Assembly (NCBI GenBank): GCA_002269645.1
Contig: NIVC01000037.1
Coordinates: forward strand, 1,359,365-1,423,364
Direction of reading: 5' to 3'
Source: Macrostomum lignano
Lineage: Eukaryota
DNA: 64,000 bases
Shown here: piece by piece, positions 40,765 to 52,895 of the stretch
Position numbering within the stretch: position 1 is the stretch's first letter
Layout of the letters: each line of letters opens with the position of its first letter
Notes under the pieces: model-generated
Databases searched by the model: none
Told to the model about the DNA's origin: nothing
Seen by the model: only the letters and a program-made list of their open reading frames with translations
Program-made: the position numbers and the translations under genes

Positions 40765-41530
40765 TTATCTGTCTCTTCACCTCAATCCCCCTCTGCCGCC
40801 CTCCTCCTTATCTGTCTCTTCACCTCAATCCCCCTCTGCCACCCTCCTCCTTATGTCTCTTCACCTCAATCCCCCTCTGCCACCCTCCTCCTTATGTCTC
40901 TTCACCTCAATCTCCCTCTGCCACCCTCCTCCTTATCTGTCTCTTCACCTCAATCCCCCTCTGCCACCCTCCTCCTTATCTGTCTCTTCACCTCAATCCC
41001 CCTCTGCCACCCTCCTCCTTATCTGTCTCTTCACCTCAATCCACTGCCACCCTCCTCCTTATCTGTCTCTTCACCTCAATCCCCCTCTGCCACCCTCCTC
41101 CTTATCTGTCTCTTCACCTCAATCCCCCTCTGCCACCCTCCTCCTTATCTGTCTCTTCACCTCAATCCCCCTCTGCCACCCTCCTCCTTATCTGTCTCTT
41201 CACCTCAATCCACTGCCACCCTCCTCCTTATCTGTCTCTTCACCTCAATCCACTGCCACCCTCCTCCTTATCTGTCTCTTCACCTCAATCCCCCTCTGCC
41301 ACCCTCCTCCTTATCTGTCTCTTCACCTCAATCCCCCTCTGCCACCCTCCTCCTTATCTGTCTCTTCACCTCAATCCCCCTCTGCCACCCTCCTCCTTAT
41401 CTGTCTCTTCACCTCAATCCCCCTCTGCCACCCTCCTCCTTATCTGTCTCTTCACCTCAATCCCCCTCTGCCACCCTCCTCCTTATCTGTCTCTTCACCT
41501 CAATCCACCCCTGCCACCCTCCTCCTTATC
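40765..41530. repeat. 43-bp pyrimidine-rich minisatellite downstream of SLC6 gene 2
   Basis: Unit ccctcctccttatctgtctcttcacctcaatccccctctgcca. Confidence 0.95.
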
Positions 41531-42737
41531 TTTCTCATTATCTCAGCACGAACATACCACGAGTCTACGTACTTTTACAATGTATACATTTAGAACAAAG
41601 AACTGAATCTTGTCAGTTAAATAGCTTACAGAAGGCAAGAAACTGAGCACTCTCTGAGCATTTTCATAATTTTTCCCAATCTGGCGCCTCAATAATATTT
41701 GCTATTTTTACGAGTCCCAGCAGAGAGCACACTCACTAACATCTATATAATATTTTGTAAGTACACACAGTTATAGATTTCATATTTATGCGTGCATTTA
41801 TTGGCATGCCGGAAAAACGGTTTTGAACAGTTGTTTTTGTTTTGAATTGAAAACTCCCTGCTCTATTCAGCAGTAGAAATTCTATAGATCAATAGTAAAG
41901 GGACGCCTATCATTGACAGATAAGGCACAATACACATTGTGATCAATAAACATAATTCATGTTCTCAGTATATATGCAAACCCGTTATGCACTTTCCTCG
42001 AACTGTGCGAAAGAAAATGGATCAAACAGAAGGGACAGGAGGGGCTGAGGGGCCAGAAGGTAAGCAAACCTTCGAAAACCTTCGCAGTATCTAAAAGAAT
42101 CCATGACAGATATAAAAAGTCCAGACAGGCATGTTTAAATTGTTCATAACACAAATTGGCAGAAGACTTCTGAGAACTGAAAACTACGGTCGTATAGCGA
42201 GTTTTTTTTCTGCTTGAGCAGTCAGTTTAATTTCTGCGCGACTTTCGCGGTTTCAGTTAGTTTATATAATTATCTATGTTTGAGAGCGCGCTAGAGCACT
42301 ACTCTCAGTAGGCATTTATATTCGGTCCAAAAATTACAGTTTCACTTGACCAAGCTGGAAATTGGGCGAGTAATAGCTAATGAGTAGTATATCCTGCAGA
42401 TTTTTAGAAAGAAAAATAAAATAGAATAGAATTAGAAATTTTATGGAAATTAAAGTAATTATAGCTGAAAAGTGAACAACTTAGCACTTTATAAACCTCG
42501 CTGTGTCGTAAATCCTCGATTTTTTCACTGGCGACAAATCTCTACTTTTTATATTCATTTTTTCGTTGTTCTCTCAGCCTGATTGGCGCATATTAGTACT
42601 ATTCAGTAGTCTAATAAGCGCTATATGCGATTCCTTTTCATTAAATTCACTAAACTATTGTAAACCCGCGCGCACTATACTTTTCAGTCAGTAGTATGAT
42701 GAGTACATCGCATTCCGAGATTTTAAGTGAGGTGCGC

Positions 42738-43930
42738 TCACTGCTCAGCTAGGGAGGACTCGGACTCGCACAGCGTCACCCGCCGATGCTCCAGACGCCA
42801 GCGCCTGTACTCAGAGCGGTGGCCGCGGCACACGAACCAGATCCAGAGCAGGAAGCCGGACAGCAGGAAAGGGGTCAGCACAATGCCAAAGCAAATCTCC
42901 CAGAAGGAGTACTGCCGCAGGCGAAGGTAGCGCAGCTCTCTGAAGTGTTGCAAAGCGGACACGGAGAGCAGATTGCAGTACACAATGAGCGGCAGCATCA
43001 GCAGGAGGCTGACCAAGTCTAGCAAAGCCACACAGTGGCAGCGTTTAGGGGCGTTCCGGATGTACTGTACCAGGCCCGGCTGGTCGATCACCACCGGCAG
43101 CGGCTGCAGGCACAGCTCGCAGTGCTGCTTCTTTGACAGGCCGAGCCAGCGGGTCAGGCAGTGCCGGTGGAGGCTCCCCACGGTGCCCTGGCAGGCGCAG
43201 AGGCGGCGCAGCGGTCCGGATGAGGCGCCGTCCAGGCAGATCCGACAGACTGGAGTCTCGTCAGGCTTCTGGGGGTTGAGTAATGAGTACAAGCGTGTGT
43301 ACAAATAGTGCAACCTGTTGACTCTAGGCTACCTGGTTCATGGAACTTCATATCGTGGAGATCCGATTTCAAATGTGTCATTGGTGTGATGCAGCGGGTC
43401 ACGGAGATTCGGACAGCTTGAGGTCATTTAGGATGATTAGGGTGATGAAAGTGAGATTGAGAATATTTTAATGGCATCGAAGGCACTGCATCCAGGTTCT
43501 GAGGGTTACGATGCTGGGATAAAGTGATGTAGATAAGCCTCTGATAAGGTGTCTTAGATCATTAATCTGAAGAGCTAAACTCAAATGTTAACTCAAAGGC
43601 TGTTATTTTCTCCATAAAAGCTCTACACGGAAGCATGACGATCTGAATTACCTCGTCATCTACTTCAGCATTGGGGGCAAGCAGGGTTGACTCAATCGCT
43701 CTAGCAGAGGTAGCGGCAGCGGAATCTGGACAGCCCCGATCTCCATCAATCGATGTAGCAGGATTGTAGGCATTGGAGGCATTGCCAGACAGTTGATCCA
43801 TTGTTAAGCAGACCGACGGTGACTGCTCACTGCTAATGGTTGTCAGGGGATCATCAGTGTGCAAAGCCACTTCAGATGCATTACCGATAGCCGAAGTATG
43901 AGTCTCTGTTTGGTCGGAATCAGCAGCCAT
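42738..43930 (-). CDS. MARCHF2/3: Membrane-associated RING-CH E3 ubiquitin ligase, MARCH2/3-like; 2 exons, ~269 aa
   Basis: Exons 43930-43652 (donor GAG|gtaatt) and 43268-42738 (acceptor cccccag|AAG), both phase 0. C4HC3 RING-CH (CRIC...CACQGTVGSLHRHCLTRW...CELC) followed by two TM helices and a W+basic tail as in MARCH2/3. Confidence 0.85.
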
Positions 43931-44139
43931 TATAACTTCAACTAACTAGCTAATTAGACTTCACAAACACCTTTACACAAAAATTATGAATAGCTATGTA
44001 CAATGATCGTCAATTAAAAATGTATTTTAAACTTAAGACGATAAGCGCGAAAGATGCATACTTTTTGCGATTACGTTTCCCTCAGACACCATAGACTAAC
44101 ACAATTTCAGCGCCGAACTATTTTTGAACCTTTTATCCT

Positions 44140-44910
44140 GATTTCGGTTGAGAGGCTATTCTCGAGTCCTTATTTCGGTTGAGAGGCTATTCTCGAGTCC
44201 TTATTTCGGTTGAGAGGCTATTCTCGAGTCCTGATTTCGGTTGAGAGGCTATTCTCGAGTCCTTATTTCGGTTGAGAGGCTATTCTCGAGTCCTGATTTC
44301 GGTTAAGAGGCTATTCTCGAGTCCTGATTTCGGTTGAGAGGCTATTCTCGAGTCCTGATTTCGGTTGAGAGGCTATTCTCGAGTCCTGATTTCGGTTGAG
44401 AGGCTATTCTCGAGTCCTGATTTCGGTTGAGAGGCTATTCTCGAGTCCTGATTTCGGTTGAGAGGCTATTCTCGAGTCCTGATTTCGGTTGAGAGGCTAT
44501 TCTCGAGTCCTGATTTCGGTTGAGAGGCTATTCTCGAGTCCTGATTTCGGTTGAGAGGCTATTCTCGAGTCCTGATTTCGGTTGAGAGGCTATTCTCGAG
44601 TCCTGATTTCGGTTGAGAGGCTATTCTCGAGTCCTTATTTCGGTTGAGAGGCTATTCTCGAGTCCTTATTTCGGTTGAGAGGCTATTCTCGAGTCCTTAT
44701 TTCGGTTGAGAGGCTATTCTCGAGTCCTTATTTCGGTTGAGAGGCTATTCTCGAGTCCTTATTTCGGTTGAGAGGCTATTCTCGAGTCCTTATTTCGGTT
44801 GAGAGGCTATTCTCGAGTCCTGATTTCGGTTGAGAACTTGAGAGGCTATTCTCGAGTCCTGATTTCGGTTGAGAGGCTATTCTCGAGTCCTTATTTCGGT
44901 TGAGAGGCGA
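44140..44910. repeat. 31-bp minisatellite (gatttcggttgagaggctattctcgagtcct)
   Basis: Direct inspection. Confidence 0.97.
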
Positions 44911-45033
44911 TTCTTCATCAAAACAGAATTTTTTCGTTGCGGCAGGTAGAAGTATTTGCCGAAGCACATGAAGCAGATCATCACAATTGATTTACGAGTT
45001 GTACCCCAGTATAATTAAAATGATAAAAAGTAT

Positions 45034-48000
45034 TTTAACAGAGTCAACTATTGCAATATTTGGCAGACGATAACAAAAACACGAGGGCTCAAAAGCCAGA
45101 ATCAGTCGATATATATTTTTTAATATTAGGCATGCACAAAGTACGTGCGTACATTACAATCGATAAATTAAAAGGCAACTTGAGCGTGCCCCCAACCCCC
45201 CGGCGCAGGCCAACCCCAAAACCGCAAATGCAAACTCTCAATATCAAGTCATCACATCCCTTCGCACTTAAGTATGAAAGTAAGATTAACAAAAATTAAC
45301 ACTATTAGTAATAATTAAAAAAAAATATTGAAGCGAGCAACACAACTAAGGTACTAAAATCGAGTTCATCAACAACAGTTACTTCAGCTGTAAGTCAGTC
45401 GCTCAGGTGCAGCGCACTTCCTCATCGAACGGCGAAGCTGCGGCATGGCGTCAGGCTCCGCCGCAGCCTCAGTAGCAACGCCGTCAGCAAAAACTTCGGA
45501 TGCGCCCTTCGGCACCGCATCGCACTGCGGCACCGCTGCCGCTGGTACCGCCGGCTTGGTCGGAAGCTGACTGACCGCGGCCGGCTTGCGCACCTGGTCC
45601 ACGTGCCTGTGTGCGTCTCTGCCGTCATCGAACCGGCACGTGAAGTCGGCCGCACCAGAACTGTCCGTGACTGTCGCCGGTCTCCAGCGTCCGTCTCTCG
45701 CGAAGTCTCGCGCCAGCACCGAGTCGCCGACATTAATGCGGCGGTCGTGCGCGTGGGCATCGTGCTGCTCCTTTTGCAGTGCCTGCTGGACGGCCACCCG
45801 GGCGGGCAGGTCAGGGCGGACTCGGTCGAGCAACGATTTCAGCCTCCGCCCCATCAGCAGCTCGCAGGGAGCCGTCCCGGTAGTCGCATGCGGCGTGACT
45901 CGGTACGTCAGGAGGAACCGGGAGACTCGCTCCTCCAGAGAGCCGCTTCGCTGCTTGGCCAGCGCACGCTTCAGAGTCTGAACTGCTCGCTCTGCTTGGC
46001 CGTTGGACGCCGGGTGGTACGGAGCCGTGCGCACGTGCCGGATGCCGTTCTTGCTCAGGAATGTCTCCATCTCCGCGCTGACCAGGTTCGGACCGTTGTC
46101 GGAGACGATCACGTCCGGCAGACCGTGAGTTGCAAAGCTCGACCGCAGCTTCTCGATAGTCGCAGTCGACGACGTCGAAGGCATCACATGCACGTCCATC
46201 CACTTGGAGTGAGCGTCCACGACAACCAGCAACATCCGGCCCTGGACTGGCCCGGCGTAGTCAATGTGCAGGCGCGACCACGGCTTGTCCGGCCACGCCC
46301 ACGGCTGCAGTGGAAACGGACCTGGCGACTTCTGCATCTCCTGGCACTCGGTGCACGCGGCGACCAGCCGCTCGATCGCCTCGTCCAGCTTGGGCCACCA
46401 GAAAACGCTTCGAGCCAGCGCCTTCATTCTCGTGGCGCCCTGGTGCCCCTGGTGCAGGCAGTGCAGCAGCGCCTCTCGACCGGCCTCGGGAACTACGACT
46501 CGGCAGCCCCAGAGCAGACAGCCGTCTTGGGTGCTCAGCTGGTCGGCTCGCGTGCAGTACGGCTGCAGCTCAGGCGGCGGCCGCTCTGGCCAGCAGCCGG
46601 TCTCAGTGAAACGCAGAACTCGGGACAAGTCCGGGTCTGTCCGAGTCCACGTCCGGATGTGCCGAGCCGTCACCGGTCCCTCGTCCAGGAAGTCCATGAG
46701 TAGGACGACTTCAGCTGGAGCTGGCGCTTCCTTCGGCTTCTCCGGCAGCGGCAGCCGACTCAGCGCATCGGCTCGAAGCAGCGACTTGCCCGCTCGGTGG
46801 ACCATGGAGTACTGGTAGCCGGCCAGGAGCAGCGCCCACCGCTGGATTCTGCCAGAAGCCAGTGCTGGTATCGGCTTGGACTGGTGCAGCAGACCGAGCA
46901 GCGGCTTGTGGTCGCTCACCAGCTTGAAGTCTCGCCCGAACAGGTACATGTGAAATTTCTTAACTCCGTAAATGACTGCGAGCGCCTCCTTCTCGAGCTG
47001 GGAGTATCGGGTCTCTGCTTCATGTAGCGTGCGAGAGGCGAAGGCGATCGGCCTATCGACTCCGTCGATTCGGTGGCTGATGACGGCGCCGATGCCATAA
47101 GGCGAGGCGTCGCACTCGAGCACCAGCGGCTTCTGACGGTCGAAATGCGCAAGCACCGGTGCCTGGCTGAGTAGCGACTTGCACCTGCGAAACGCCTCGT
47201 CCTGCACAGCGTCCCATCGCCAGGGGGAGCCCTTGTTCAGCAGCTGGTTCAGCGGCGCCAGTTCGGTTGACAGATTGGGCATGAACTTGCCGTAATAATT
47301 TACCAGCCCGAGGAAGCTGCGCAGCTGCGTCTGGTCGCGGGGCGGTGGCGCGTCCTGGATCGCCCGCACCTTGTCCTGGAGAGGGTGCAGCCCTTCGGCG
47401 TCGATTCGGTGCCCGAGGTAGCTGATGCTCTGCTGCATAAAGCTGCACTTACTCAGGCCGCACCGGAGGCCGCTCTGCTGCAGTCGCCGAAGGACCTGCT
47501 CCAGCGTCTTCAGGTGGCTGTCATCATCCACGCCGGTAACCAGCAGGTCGTCAACAAAGCAGGTGACGTGGGGAATGCCCTGCAGGAGGCAGTCCATCTG
47601 GCGCTGGAAAATGCCGACAGCGGGAGCAACTCCGAACGGCAGTCTCGTGTACCGCAGCAGCCCCCTTGCTGGTGTTGATGGTGCAGAGTTCTTGCGAGGC
47701 TTCGTCCAGAGGCAGCTGCGAGTACGCTTGCGACAAGTCAAGCTTAGTGAATTTCTTTCCGCCGGCCAGTTTCGCGAAGAGCTCCTCGATTCTCGGCACC
47801 GGGTACGTGTCGGGCTCGACGTCGAGGTTCACCGTTTGTTTAAAATCAGCGCATATGCGGACCGAGCCATCTGTCTTTAAAACGGGTACGATCGGAGACG
47901 CGTAGTCCGAGCTGCTCACCGGCTTCAGCACTCCCTGTTCGATCTCTTTTTCGAGTTGCGCCACGACCTTCTCCTTCAGCGCAAGCGGGACGTTCCTGGC

Positions 48001-48561
48001 CTTGAAGAACCTCGGCCGCGCTGAGGCTTTCAGCTGCAGCCGAACCGCGGGCCCCGTGTACCGACCAAGGCCCGGCTCGAAGACATCGGCGTACTTGTCC
48101 AGCAGGCTCTTGAGTCCTGGTTGCCCTGACGGATGCTGTTGCACCTGCTTGATGTCTCGCCAGTCCAGCGGAAGTTGTGTCCCTGCCACAGATGCTCAGC
48201 AGCACGGCTCGTCTCTTTTCATTGCTGATTTCATTTGCTGTGAAAAACTGTTCTAAGCGCTCCTGGTACTGCTGCCAGGTCTCAGTGCCCTCTTCAAAGG
48301 GTCCTATTGAGCCTATAAGACTCATTCCTCGTCGCCACTTTAACAGAGTCAATTATTGCAATATTTGGCGGACGATAACAAAAACACGAGGGCTCAAAAG
48401 CCAGAATCAGTCGATATATATATTTTAATATTAGGCATGCACAAAGTACGTGCGTACATTACAATCGATAAATTAAAAGGCAACTTGAGCGTGCCCCCAA
48501 CCCCCCAGCGCAGGCCAACCCCAAAACCGCAAATGCAAACTCTCAATATCAAGTCATCACA
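45034..48561 (-). mobile_element. Ty3/Gypsy LTR retrotransposon, internally deleted (most of gag and protease lost)
   Basis: 223-bp LTRs at 45034-45256 and 48339-48561 (4 mismatches by eye). TSD AGTAT (45029-33, 48562-66). PBS TGGCGACGAGG next to the 5' LTR; purine tract before the 3' LTR. RT (YASPIVPV.K.DGSVRICADF, LPFG, FVDD), RNase H (ECDASPYG, ADALSR) and integrase (HHCC region, HIDYAGP, SDNG, SNGQAERAVQ) in RT-RH-IN order. Confidence 0.95.
45384..48189 (-). pseudogene. Gypsy pol (RT-RNaseH-integrase) with a +1 frameshift in a G run at ~47661-47665
   Basis: ORFs 47551-48189 and 45384-47741 join at NTSKG/LLRY if one G is removed. Confidence 0.85.
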
Positions 48562-49020
48562 AGTATTAAGTCATGTTGCTTTCTTAGATTAATTATCAGT
48601 TATTAATTATCAATATTATCAGTAAACCATAAACACAGTTTATTTTTATTTCATTTGCAATTAAATTAGCACAAAGGCAAAGACTGAAAAAACGTCTAGT
48701 TTTAGTTTGTCAGTGAGCGCTATTTAATATCTACTGATCATTTAAAGCAATTGAAAAATAGCCTTTCAAGCGATTGGCATTAGAAACTATAGTATTTTAA
48801 TTTAATTACATACAGCTAGAAATGTGAACACTAAATTTTAAAGTCTAGTTAAATAGTTGGTTAGAATGGAACCTTAAACTACAGCTGGGCTTCCATACTC
48901 GTATTCTAGAGGCTGCACAGTCGAACAACAGGGCCTACCGGTACTGTTTATTGAAACCCAACTTGTGTAGAGCTACTACATCGGCAACCGAAGCTAATAA
49001 TGACCATTCGCCAAAGCCTC

Positions 49021-49428
<408 letters not shown>

Positions 49429-49469
49429 CTAAACTCCCTCCTTGTGCAGGAGCAATTGCATAACGACTT

Positions 49470-50650
49470 TTCCTGAGGGGATTTATTCTGATGGTGGATT
49501 CCTGAGGGGATTCAATCTGATGGTGGATTTCTGAGGGGATTCATTCTGATGCTTAATTCCTGAGGGGATTTACTATGATGGTGGATTCCTGAGGGGATTT
49601 ACTATGATGGTGGATTCCTGAGGGGATTTATTCTGATGGTGGATTCCTGAGGGGATTCATTCTGATGGTGGATTCCTGATTGAATTTATTTTGATGGCTG
49701 ATTCCTGAGGGGATTTATTCTGATGGTGGATTCCTGAGGGGATTTATTCTGATGGTGAATTCCTGAGGGGATTTATTTTGATGGTGGATTCCTGAGGGGA
49801 TTTATTCTGATGGTGGATTCCTGAGGGGATTCATTTTGATGGTGGATTCCTGAGGGGATTCATTCTGATGGCCGATTCCTGAGGGGGGTTATTCTGATGG
49901 CTGATTCCTGATTGGATTTATTTTGATGGCCAATTCTGAGGGGATTCATTCTGATGGCCGATTCCTGAGGGGATTTATTCTGCTGTCAGATTCCCGAGGG
50001 GATTTCTCTTATGTCAGATTCCTGAGGGGATTCATTCTGATGCTCGATTCCTGAGGGGATTTATTCTGATGGTGGATTCCTGAGGGGATTTATTCTGATG
50101 GTGAATTCCTGAGGGGATTTATTTTGATGGTGGATTTCTGAGGGGATTTACTCTGATGTCAGATTCCTGAGGGGATTCATTCTGATGCTCGATTCCTGAG
50201 GGGATTTATTCTGCTGTCAGATTCCCGAGGGGATTTCTCTGATGTCAGATTCCTGAGGGGATTTATTCTGCTGTCAGATTCCCGAGGGGATTTATTCTGA
50301 TGGCCGATTCCTGAGGGGATTTATTCTGATGGCCGATTCCTGATTGAATTTATTTTGATGGCTGATTCCTGAGGGGATTTATTCTGATGGTGGATTCCTG
50401 AGGGGATTTATTCTGATGGTGAATTCCTGAGGGGATTTATTTTGATGGTGGATTTCTGAGGGGATTTACTCTGATGTCAGATTCCTGAGGGGATTCATTC
50501 TGATGCTCGATTCCTGAGGGGATTTATTCTGCTGTCAGATTCCCGAGGGGATTTATTCTGATGGCCGATTCCTGAGGGGATTTATTCTGATGGCCGATTC
50601 CTGATTGGATTTATTTTGATGGCCGATTCCTGAGGGGATTTATTCTCACG
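49470..50650. repeat. 29-bp minisatellite (cctgaggggatttattctgatggtggatt) between the two subunit c copies
   Basis: Direct inspection. Confidence 0.95.
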
Positions 50651-51121
50651 GATGATTCTCACAAAATATAATCCCGCAACTAAGAATGAAATATGTCAAT
50701 ACAAGGTGTAAGGAAGTAAATGACAAAGTCAAAACAGAATTCCACACACGCACACAGTTAGATCGTGGTCTTGCAGTGTTAATGTTTCATATATATTTGC
50801 TATAGCTTAAACAATGGCAAATAACTCTGTTACACAATCGCTTCACACTACTGGGGTGGTATCTAAGTTATAGTTGAGATGATAATAAATGATCTAAAAG
50901 GAATACGGGTTTGTTTACTTATTGGGACTTAAATTATTGATGAAAATTCGATTAAGTTACTATTAGGTTCTGTTCAGGTGGGCGTCTCTGCTTTAATGAA
51001 TCTGAAAAGCAACAAACAAGTTTCTTAGGGTCTAAAAACAGCTTAACTCCTAGCCGGAGAACACTTGCTACTGCCAGTAGTCTTTTTAAGGGCTAAAAAA
51101 TCCTGCATTCGCCAAAGCCTC

Positions 51122-51529
<408 letters not shown>

Positions 51530-51564
51530 TTATTGAAAACTATTTGCACTGCTGTATTGGGTCC

Positions 51565-52078
51565 TGCTGGCCCTCACCCCATTCACTCACTGGGTGCAGC
51601 TGCCCTCACCCCATTCACTCACTGGGTGCAGCTGCCCTCACCCCATTCACTCACTGGGTGCAGCTGCCCTCACCCCATTCACTCACTGGGTGCAGCTGCC
51701 CTCACCCCATTCACTCACTGGGTGCAGCTGCCCTCACCCCATTCACTCACTGGGTGCAGCTGCCCTCACCCCATTCACTCACTGGGTGCAGCTGGCCTTC
51801 ACCCCATTCACTAACTGGGTGCAGCTGGCCTTCACCCCATTCACTAACTGGGTGCAGCTGGCCTTCACCACATTCACTCACTGGGTGCAGCTGGCCCTCA
51901 CCCCATTCACTCACTGGGTGCAGCTGGCCTTCACCCCATTCACTAACTGGGTGCAGCTGGCCTTCACCCCATTCACTAACTGGGTGCAGCTGGCCTTCAC
52001 CACATTCACTCACTGGGTGCAGCTGGCCCTCACCCCATTCACTCACTGGGTGCAGCTGGCCTTCACCCCATTCACTCC
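51565..52078. repeat. 32-33-bp minisatellite (cctcaccccattcactcactgggtgcagctg(g)c)
   Basis: Direct inspection. Confidence 0.95.
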
Positions 52079-52343
52079 AGTTAAGACGACTGTGAAATAC
52101 ACAAACGCAAAACAAGAACTGTTGATCAAAAAAAGAAACACAAAATGCCAAAACAGTTTATTTTTTCTTAGACACGGAAGACGAAAAAACAAAAGTTAAA
52201 GGCAGATAGCTTAAGAACGAACTAGCTTAACTTGTAGAAACCTGAAGGAAAATGCGTGGAAACTTATTAAATAACAGGAAAAGTAGAACAGAGGGTGAGG
52301 TTGGTAAACAGGAAGTAGCGTCAAAAAAGAAACTCCACCATCT

Positions 52344-52895
52344 TCACATCTCATTCTCCAGCTGTGGCTGCTGGCCAGCTACCACGCTAGGCAGTTGGCT
52401 AGCGATCCGATTAATTTTATCAGCGGCCAACTCCATCTGGGCGTCGCTTTCAGCGGCAGCCTTGGCCAGGTCTTCGCTCAGCGACGGCGGCGGCACAGTC
52501 GACTCCGAAGACGGCGGCGACCAGGGCAGCGAGGCGAACAGGCGATCAACAAAGCCGCAAGCGGAATCGTTCAACCGATTGCGAGTGGCCCGGCCAACAT
52601 TCAGCAGCTTGGACAGCTCCTCGGTGGCCTCAGTTGCCGTTTGCTGTGCCTCAGCGGCCAGGCGCTCCCAGTGCTGCAACTCGCGGCGTTGAACCTCTTG
52701 ACGGTGCTCCAGGGAAGCAAGCTGCTCTCTGGCCTGCTCAGTGCGCTGCTCAGCATCGGTGGCTTGCCGGACCATTTCAGATAGGAAATACTCCAGATCG
52801 CCGCGTCGTCTGCGAGCCTCCAGCAGGGCCCGCTCGGATATCTGCAGGCGCTGGTCAAGCCGGTGCATTGATTCCGCGGTGTCAAAGTTGTCCAT
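52344..52895 (-). CDS. Uncharacterised coiled-coil protein (~183 aa, single exon)
   Basis: GC-rich open frame in AT-rich surroundings, ATG in good context (gccATGG), E/Q/R/A/L-rich heptad pattern (LEARRRRGDLE...EQRTEQAREQLASLEHRQE). No family recognised. Confidence 0.6.
   Translation of the reverse strand: MDNFDTAESMHRLDQRLQISERALLEARRRRGDLEYFLSEMVRQATDAEQRTEQAREQLASLEHRQEVQRRELQHWERLAAEAQQTATEATEELSKLLNVGRATRNRLNDSACGFVDRLFASLPWSPPSSESTVPPPSLSEDLAKAAAESDAQMELAADKINRIASQLPSVVAGQQPQLENEM

Noticed and set aside
45422-48428. Plus-strand and alternate-frame ORFs across the Gypsy element
   Set aside because: Antisense shadows of a GC-rich pol gene.
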